A DNA stretch of 64,000 nt from assembly GCF_009914755.1 (NCBI RefSeq), contig NC_060948.1. The stretch is one strand, 5' to 3'. Positions 52,661 to 64,000 of the stretch are shown piece after piece (within the stretch, counting starts at the first letter, position 1; each line of letters starts with the position of its first letter). A program made the translations under genes and the position numbers. The notes below the pieces were generated by a model. That model was not told where the DNA came from. It searched no databases and saw only the letters and a program-made list of their open reading frames with translations. Source of the stretch: the human T2T-CHM13v2.0 reference genome, Homo sapiens.

Positions 52661-54788
52661 AGATCCATATTTTTTAAATGAAAAAAAATTTCAAAGGTAC
52701 TCTGCTTGGTACAATAATCAAATGTATAAACTGAGGCATAAAACATAACCATGAAACCTACTTATAACTGCATATGGAAAATACAGAGGATAATTTTTTA
52801 AATAACATATTTTGAAAGCCTTAACTAGTAATTTGAAGAGTTGGCATTTGAAAGGCCAGTATGAATATACCTTCAAAGCAGCAACACAGGTTCCCCATGA
52901 GAAAAAGCAAACACAGGGAAAATAAAAACACAAAGGTTCAATCTCTTCTGACCTTTGAAAGACACAGCACAGACAGTGGTCCTTAGGACGAAGAGCAGGA
53001 GACCCCTAATTCCGTCACCATGGCGATAGGGCATAAACATTGCTGGGTGAGGGCACAATCCACATTGTGAGGTCCAACTGCTGCCAGGAAGACAGGAGTG
53101 CTTTTACATAGACCGAAAGGTCATTGAAGGCTCAGAGTTTTCTTTCAAGAACTGAATCCCAAGCCCACACGTTATTAGGCTGCGCTTCTTAAAACAAGTT
53201 ATGAGATGGGAAAAAGGGCACCCACAAACATACGTATACATTATGTATATAATAATATACAGTATCATATATATAATATATATAACCTATGTATAATATT
53301 GTTTTACATCCTGCATCTAATGTTATATATATTGTATAAAATATAATAATTGATAATATATAAGTTTTATAATTATACAATATGACATATAGTATATATT
53401 ATAATTTATGACATATATAATATATGTTATATGTCATATATAGAATATATTATACGGTTAATATACGTATTAAATATAAATTATACATTATATATATTAT
53501 ATATAATATATCTGTTATATATAATACCCATTATGCATAATATATATATTATGTCTATGTTATATATAGTATAAAACAACATATAATAATATATAATTGT
53601 ATATATAAAATGCGACATATAATATATATTATATTTTATAACATATGTAATATATATTATATATTATATATAATACGTTGTATGTATAATACCTATATTA
53701 AATATATATTATATGACTATGTTATTAATTACATGTCACATGTGTTATATATTATATATTTTACATAGAATATACCGGTTACATACAATATATACTATGT
53801 TACCTATAATGTATAATTTATTACATGTAAAATAAAGAATGCAATATATTATTTATAATTTATAATATACCATATGTGGAATGTGATATATATAACATAT
53901 AATATATGATATATGATATACAGTATATGATATATAACATACAATATATGATTCCTAATATATATGGTATACAATATATATTTTATGATATGTATTCTAT
54001 ATGTTTTATATTCTGTTATATATAACTATTTGAAATTATATATAACTGTATAATATTTTATGTAAATATGTAATATAATATATATAACTATATAATATAT
54101 TATATATAACTATATATTATGTTATATATACTTTTATAACATAATTTACATAAAATATCATAATATAATATATATTATATTATTTCATATTACATAATAT
54201 ATATTACATATCACCCAATATAACTAACATACATAATATTATAATATAGATTATATTATGTTATATTAAATATCATATATATCATGTATCATATATTCTA
54301 TAATATATATTACACATTATATAATATGTATGTTGTCTATTATGTGATATATATAACTATATATATAATTATATTTTTATACATATAACTAGATAAACAT
54401 GTAATTCTACATATTTTCATTTATAATATGTAGAATTATAAAATCATATATAATTATTTATATTCTATAAAAAATTTTATCATTATATAAATTATAATAT
54501 ATAAAAATTATAATAGGTACTACAAATATATATATTATATATCATATATGATATAGTACCTTTGTTATATTTCATAATACATATAAATGTGTATTATGTT
54601 ATCTATAATTATATAATTTCATATATAAGATGTATAATGTGTATCATATATTATATATGTTATGTAATATATATAGTATATATAAGATGACACAGGATAA
54701 ATATTATATACTATGACATATAAAATATATGAGGTTATATGTTACATATAAGGCATAGCACATAACATGTAATATATATCATATATAA

Positions 54789-55080
54789 TTTTTTTTTAGA
54801 CAGAATCTTGTCCTGTTGCACAGGGTGGGGTACAATGGCGCCATCTTTGCTCACTGCAACTTCTGTCTCACGGGTCCAAGCGATTGTCCTCCCTCAGCCT
54901 CCCAGGTAGCTGGGACTACACCACACTGGGACTACACCAGCTGCCACCATGCCTAGCTAATTTTTTGGATTTTTAGTAGTGACAGCGTTTCACTGTATTG
55001 GCCAGGATGGTCTTGATCTCTTCACCTTGTGATCCCCTTGCCTTGGCCTCCAAATTTGCTGGGATTACAGGCCTGAGCCA
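54789..55080 (-). mobile_element. Diverged Alu, unit 23
   Basis: Copy; TTCTGTCTCA variant. Confidence 0.93.
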
Positions 55081-57208
55081 AGATCCATATTTTTTAAATG
55101 AAAAAAAATTTCAAAGGTACTCTGCTTGGTACAATAATCAAATGTATAAACTGAGGAATAAAACATAACCATGAAACCTACTTATAACTGCATATGGAAA
55201 ATACAGAGGATAATTTTTTAAATAACATATTTTGAAAGCCTTAACTAGTAATTTGAAGAGTTGGCATTTGAAAGGCCAGTATGAATATACCTTCAAAGCA
55301 GCAACACAGGTTCCCCATGAGAAAAAGCAAACACAGGGAAAATAAAAACACAAAGGTTCAATCTCTTCTGACCTTTGAAAGACACAGCACAGACAGTGGT
55401 CCTTAGGACGAAGAGCAGGAGACCCCTAATTCCGTCACCATGGCGATAGGGCATAAACATTGCTGGGTGAGGGCACAATCCACATTGTGAGGTCCAACTG
55501 CTGCCAGGAAGACAGGAGTGCTTTTACATAGACCGAAAGGTCATTGAAGGCTCAGAGTTTTCTTTCAAGAACTGAATCCCAAGCCCACACGTTATTAGGC
55601 TGCGCTTCTTAAAACAAGTTATGAGATGGGAAAAAGGGCACCCACAAACATACGTATACATTATGTATATAATAATATACAGTATCATATATATAATATA
55701 TATAACCTATGTATAATATTGTTTTACATCCTGCATCTAATGTTATATATATTGTATAAAATATAATAATTGATAATATATAAGTTTTATAATTATACAA
55801 TATGACATATAGTATATATTATAATTTATGACATATATAATATATGTTATATGTCATATATAGAATATATTATACGGTTAATATACGTATTAAATATAAA
55901 TTATACATTATATATATTATATATAATATATCTGTTATATATAATACCCATTATGCATAATATATATATTATGTCTATGTTATATATAGCATAAAACAAC
56001 ATATAATAATATATAATTGTATATATAAAATGCGACATATAATATATATTATATTTTATTACATATGTAATATATATTATATATTATATATAATACGTTG
56101 TATGTATAATACCTATATTAAATATATATTATATGACTATGTTATTAATTACATGTCACATGCGTTATATATTATATATTTAATATAGAATATACCGGTT
56201 ACATACAATATATACTATGTTACCTATAATGTATGATTTATTACATGTAAAATAAAGAATGCAATATATTATGTAAAATTTATAATATACCATATGTGGA
56301 ATGTGATATATATAACATATAATATATGATATATGATGTACAGTATATGATATATAACATACAATATATGATTCCTAATATATATGGTATACAATATATA
56401 TTTTATGTTATGTATTCTATATGTTTTATATTCTGTTATATATAACTATTTGAAATTATATATAACTGTATAATATTTTATGTAAATATGTAATATAATA
56501 TATATAACTATATAATATATTATATATAACTATATATTATGTTATATATACTTTTATAACATAATTTACATAAAATATCATAATATAATATATAATATAT
56601 TATTTCATATTACATAATATATATTACATATCACCCAATATAACTAACATACATAATATTATAATATAGATTATATTATGTTATATTAAATATCATATAT
56701 ATCATGTATCATATATTCTATAATATATATTACACCTTATATAATATGTATGTTGTCTATTATGTGATATATATAACTATATATATAATTATATTTTTAT
56801 ACATATAACTAGATAAACATGTAATTCTACATATTTTCATTTATAATATGTAGAATTATAAAATCATATATAATTATTTATATTCTATAAAAAATTTTAT
56901 CATTATATAAATTATAATATATAAAAATTATAATAGGTACTACAAATATATATATTATATATCATATATGATATAGTACCTTTGTTATATTTCATAATAC
57001 ATATAAATATGTATTATGTTATCTATAATTATATAATTTCATATATAAGATGTATAATGTGTATCATATATTATATATGTTATGTAATATATATAGTATA
57101 TATAAGATGACACAGGATAAATATTATATACTATGACATATAAAATATATGAGGTTATATGTTACATATAAGGCATAGCACATAACATGTAATATATATC
57201 ATATATAA

Positions 57209-57500
57209 TTTTTTTTTAGACAGAATCTTGTCCTGTTGCACAGGGTGGGGTACAATGGCGCCATCTTTGCTCACTGCAACTTCTGTCTCACGGGTCCAAG
57301 CGATTGTCCTCCCTCAGCCTCCCAGGTAGCTGGGACTACACCACACTGGGACTACACCAGCTGCCACCATGCCTAGCTAATTTTTTGGATTTTTAGTAGT
57401 GACAGCGTTTCACTGTATTGGCCAGGATGGTCTTGATCTCTTCACCTTGTGATCCCCTTGCCTTGGCCTCCAAATTTGCTGGGATTACAGGCCTGAGCCA
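57209..57500 (-). mobile_element. Diverged Alu, unit 24
   Basis: Copy; TTCTGTCTCA variant. Confidence 0.93.
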
Positions 57501-59605
57501 AGATCCATATTTTTTAAATGAAAAAAAATTTCAAAGGTACTCTGCTTGGTACAATAATCAAATGTATAAACTGAGGAATAAAACATAACCATGAAACCTA
57601 CTTATAACTGCATATGGAAAATACAGAGGATAATTTTTTAAATAACATATTTTGAAAGCCTTAACTAGTAATTTGAAGAGCTGGCATTTGAAAGGCCAGT
57701 ATGAATATACCTTCAAAGCAGCAACACAGGTTCCCCATGAGAAAAAGCAAACACAGGGAAAATAAAAACACAAAGGTTCAATCTCTTCTGACCTTTGAAA
57801 GACACAGCACAGACAGTGGTCCTTAGGACGAAGAGCAGGAGACCCCTAATTCCGTCACCATGGCGATAGGGCATAAACATTGCTGGGTGAGGGCACAATC
57901 CACATTGTGAGGTCCAACTGCTGCCAGGAAGACAGGAGTGCTTTTACATAGACCGAAAGGTCATTGAAGGCTCAGAGTTTTGTTTCAAGAACTGAATCCC
58001 AAGCCCACACGTTATTAGGCTGCGCTTCTTAAAACAAGTTATGAGATGGGAAAAAGGGCACCCACAAACATACGTATACATTATGTATATAATAATATAC
58101 AGTATCATATATATAATATATATAACCTATGTATAATATTGTTTTACATCCTGCATCTAATGTTATATATATTGTATAAAATATAATAATTGATAATATA
58201 TAAGTTTTATAATTATACAATATGACATATAGTATATATTATAATTTATGACATATATAATATATGTTATATGTCATATATAGAATATATTATACGGTTA
58301 ATATACGTATTAAATATAAATTATACATTATATATATTATATATAATATATCTGTTATATATAATACCCATTATGCATAATATATATATTATGTCTATGT
58401 TATATATAGCATAAAACAACATATAATAATATATAATTGTATATATAAAATGCGACATATAATATATATTATATTTTATTACATATGTAATATATATTAT
58501 ATATTATATATAATACGTTGTATGTATAATACCTATATTAAATATATATTATATGACTATGTTATTAATTACATGTCACATGCGTTATATATTATATATT
58601 TTATATAGAATATACCGGTTACATACAATATATACTATGTTACCTATAATGTATAATTTATTACATGTAAAATAAAGAATGCAATATATTATGTAAAATT
58701 TATAATATACCATATGTGGAATGTGATATATATAACATATAATATATGATATATGATGTACAGTATATGATATATAACATACAATATATGATTCCTAATA
58801 TATATGGTATACAATATATATTTTATGTTATGTATTCTATATGTTTTATATTCTGTTATATATAACTATTTGAAATTATATATAACTGTATAATATTTTA
58901 TGTAAATATGTAATATAATATATATAACTATATAATATATTATATATAACTATATATTATGTTATATATACTTTTATAACATAATTTACATAAAATATCA
59001 TAATATAATATATAATATATTATTTCATATTACATAATATATATTACATATCACCCAATATAACTAACATACATAATATTATAATATAGATTATATTATG
59101 TTATATTAAATATCATATATATCATGTATCATATATTCTATAATATATATTACACCTTATATAATATGTATGTTGTCTATTATGTGATATATATAACTAT
59201 ATATATAATTATATTTTTATACATATAACTAGATAAACATGTAATTCTACATATTTTCATTTATAATATGTAGAATTATATAATCATATATAATTATTTA
59301 TATTCTATAAAAAATTTTATCATTATATAAATTATAATATATAAAAATTATAATATGTACTACAAATATATATATTATATATCATATATGATATAGTACC
59401 TTTGTTATATATCATAATACATATAAATGTGTATTATGTTATCTATAATTATATAATTTCATATATAAGATGTATAATATGTATCATATATTATATATGT
59501 TATGTAATATATATAGTATATATACGATGACACAGGATAAATATTATATACTATGACATATAAAATATATGAGGTTATATGTTACATATAAGGCATAGCA
59601 CATAA

Positions 59606-59920
<315 letters not shown>

Positions 59921-62025
59921 AGATCCATATTTTTTAAATGAAAAAAAATTTCAAAGGTACTCTGCTTGGTACAATAATCAAATGTATAAACTGAGGAATA
60001 AAACATAACCATGAAACCTACTTATAACTGCATATGGAAAATACAGAGGATAATTTTTTAAATAACATATTTTGAAAGCCTTAACTAGTAATTTGAAGAG
60101 CTGGCATTTGAAAGGCCAGTATGAATATACCTTCAAAGCAGCAACACAGGTTCCCCATGAGAAAAAGCAAACACAGGGAAAATAAAACCACAAAGGTTCA
60201 ATCTCTTCTGACCTTTGAAAGACACAGCACAGACAGTGGTCCTTAGGACGAAGAGCAGGAGACCCCTAATTCCGTCACCATGGCGATAGGGCATAAACAT
60301 TGCTGGGTGAGGGCACAATCCACATTGTGAGGTCCAACTGCTGCCAGGAAGACAGGAGTGCTTTTACATAGACCGAAAGGTCATTGAAGGCTCAGAGTTT
60401 TCTTTCAAGAACTGAATCCCAAGCCCACACGTTATTAGGCTGCGCTTCTTAAAACAAGTTATGAGATGGGAAAAAGGGCACCCACAAACATACGTATACA
60501 TTATGTATATAATAATATACAGTATCATATATATAATATATATAACCTATGTATAATATTGTTTTACATCCTGCATCTTATGTTATATATATTGTATAAA
60601 ATATAATAATTGATAATATATAAGTTTTATAATTATACAATATGACATATAGTATATATTATAATTTATGACATATATAATATATGTTATATGTCATATA
60701 TAGAATATATTATACGGTTAATATACGTATTAAATATAAATTATACATTATATATATTATATATAATATATCTGTTATATATAATAACCATTATGCATAA
60801 TATATATATTATGTCTATGTTATATATAGTATAAAACAACACATAATAATATATAATTGTATATATAAAATGCGACATATAATATATATTATATTTTATA
60901 ACATATGTAATATATATTATATATTATATATAATACGTTGTATGTATAATACCTATATTAAATATATATTATATGACTATGTTATTAATTACATGTCACA
61001 TGTGTTATATATTATATATTTTACATACAATATACCGGTTACATACAATATATACTATGTTACCTATAATGTATAATTTATTACATGTAAAATAAAGAAT
61101 GCAATATATTATGTATAATTTATAATATACCATATGTGGAATGTGATATATATAACATATAATATATGATATATGATATACAGTATATGATATATAACAT
61201 ACAATATATGATTCCTAATATATATGGTATACAATATATATTTTATGATATGTATTCTATATGTTTTATATTCTGTTATATATAACTATTTGAAATTATA
61301 TATAACTGTATAATATTTTATGTAAATATGTAATATAATATATATAACTATATAATATATTATATATAACTATATATTATGTTATATATACTTTTATAAC
61401 ATAATTTACATAAAATATCATAATATAATATATATTATATTATTTCATATTACATAATATATATTACATATCACCCAATATAACTAACATACATAATATT
61501 ATAATATAGATTATATTATGTTATATTAAATATCATATATATCATGTATCATATATTCTATAATATATATTACACATTATATAATATGTATGTTGTCTAT
61601 TATGTGATATATATAACTATATATATAATTATATTTTTATACATATAACTAGATAAACATGTAATTCTACATATTTTCATTTATAATATGTAGAATTATA
61701 AAATCATATATAATTATTTATATTCTATAAAAAATTTTATCATTATATAAATTATAATATATAAAAATTATAATATGTACTACAAATATATATATTATAT
61801 ATCATATATGATATAGTACCTTTGTTATATTTCATAATACATATAAATGTGTATTATGTTATCTATAATTATATAATTTCATATATAAGATGTATAATGT
61901 GTATCATATATTATATATGTTATGTAATATATATAGTATATATAAGATGACACAGGATAAATATTATATACTATGACATATAAAATATATGAGGTTATAT
62001 GTTACATATAAGGCATAGCACATAA

Positions 62026-62340
<315 letters not shown>

Positions 62341-64000
62341 AGATCCATATTTTTTAAATGAAAAAAAATTTCAAAGGTACTCTGCTTGGTACAATAATCA
62401 AATGTATAAACTGAGGAATAAAACATAACCATGAAACCTACTTATAACTGCATATGGAAAATACAGAGGATAATTTTTTAAATAACATATTTTGAAAGCC
62501 TTAACTAGTAATTTGAAGAGTTGGCATTTGAAAGGCCAGTATGAATATACCTTCAAAGCAGCAACACAGGTTCCCCATGAGAAAAAGCAAACACAGGGAA
62601 AATAAAAACACAAAGGTTCAATCTCTTCTGACCTTTGAAAGACACAGCACAGACAGTGGTCCTTAGGACGAAGAGCAGGAGACCCCTAATTCCGTCACCA
62701 TGGCGATAGGGCATAAACATTGCTGGGTGAGGGCACAATCCACATTGTGAGGTCCAACTGCTGCCAGGAAGACAGGAGTGCTTTTACATAGACCGAAAGG
62801 TCATTGAAGGCTCAGAGTTTTCTTTCAAGAACTGAATCCCAAGCCCACACGTTATTAGGCTGCGCTTCTTAAAACAAGTTATGAGATGGGAAAAAGGGCA
62901 CCCACAAACATACGTATACATTATGTATATAATAATATACAGTATCATATATATAATATATATAACCTATGTATAATATTGTTTTACATCCTGCATCTTA
63001 TGTTATATATACTGTATAAAATATAATAATTGATAATATATAAGTTTTATAATTATACAATATGACATATAGTATATATTATAATTTATGACATATATAA
63101 TATATGTTATATGTCATATATAGAATATATTATACGGTTAATATACGTATTAAATATAAATTATACATTATATATATTATATATAATATATCTGTTATAT
63201 ATAATACCCATTATGCATAATATATATATTATGTCTATGTTATATATAGTATAAAACAACATATAATAATATATAATTGTATATATAAAATGCGACATAT
63301 AATATATATTATATTTTATAACATATGTAATATATATTATATATTATATATAATACGTTGTATGTATAATACCTATATTAAATATATATTATATGACTAT
63401 GTTATTAATTACATGTCACATGTGTTATATATTATATATTTTACATAGAATATACCGGTTACATACAATATATACTATGTTACCTATAATGTATAATTTA
63501 TTACATGTAAAATAAAGAATGCAATATATTATGTATAATTTATAATATACCATATGTGGAATGTGATATATATAACATATAATATATGATATATGATATA
63601 CAGTATATGATATATAACATACAATATATGATTCCTAATATATATGGTATACAATATATATTTTATGATATGTATTCTATATGTTTTATATTCTGTTATA
63701 TATAACTATTTGAAATTATATATAACTGTATAATATTTTATGTAAATATGTAATATAATATATAAAACTATATAATATATTATATATAACTATATATTAT
63801 GTTATATATACTTTTATAACATAATTTACATAAAATAGCATAATATAATATATATTATATTATTTCATATTACATAATATATATTACATATCACCCAATA
63901 TAACTAACATACATAATATTATAATATAGATTATATTATGTTATATTAAATATCATATATATCATGTATCATATATTCTATAATATATATTACACATTAT

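Overview
The whole 64-kb window is one head-to-tail tandem array of a ~2.42-kb composite satellite: 26 complete units plus 1,105 bp of a 27th. Units, phased at GGGCACCCAC, start at 1, 2414, 4834, 7253, 9673, 12090, 14508, 16925, 19340, 21759, 24178, 26598, 29018, 31438, 33858, 36277, 38696, then every 2420 bp to 62896. Each unit has a ~1.55-kb extremely AT-rich segment, a diverged minus-strand Alu (~290 bp) and a ~555-bp higher-complexity segment. This architecture, together with a predicted 2,146-bp HaeIII fragment, matches the human DYZ2/HSat1B satellite. The most likely source is Yq12 heterochromatin, although related arrays on acrocentric short arms cannot be excluded from sequence alone. 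All ORFs are short, repeat-derived and judged non-coding. I found no gene-based novel system. The observations worth following up are the array's internal history (local triplications, a 12,099-bp-offset duplication, chimeric units), the Alu's subfamily and insertion signatures, a 14-bp perfect inverted repeat, and a cluster of transcription-factor-like motifs in the non-Alu segment. All variant comparisons were made by eye and need alignment to confirm.
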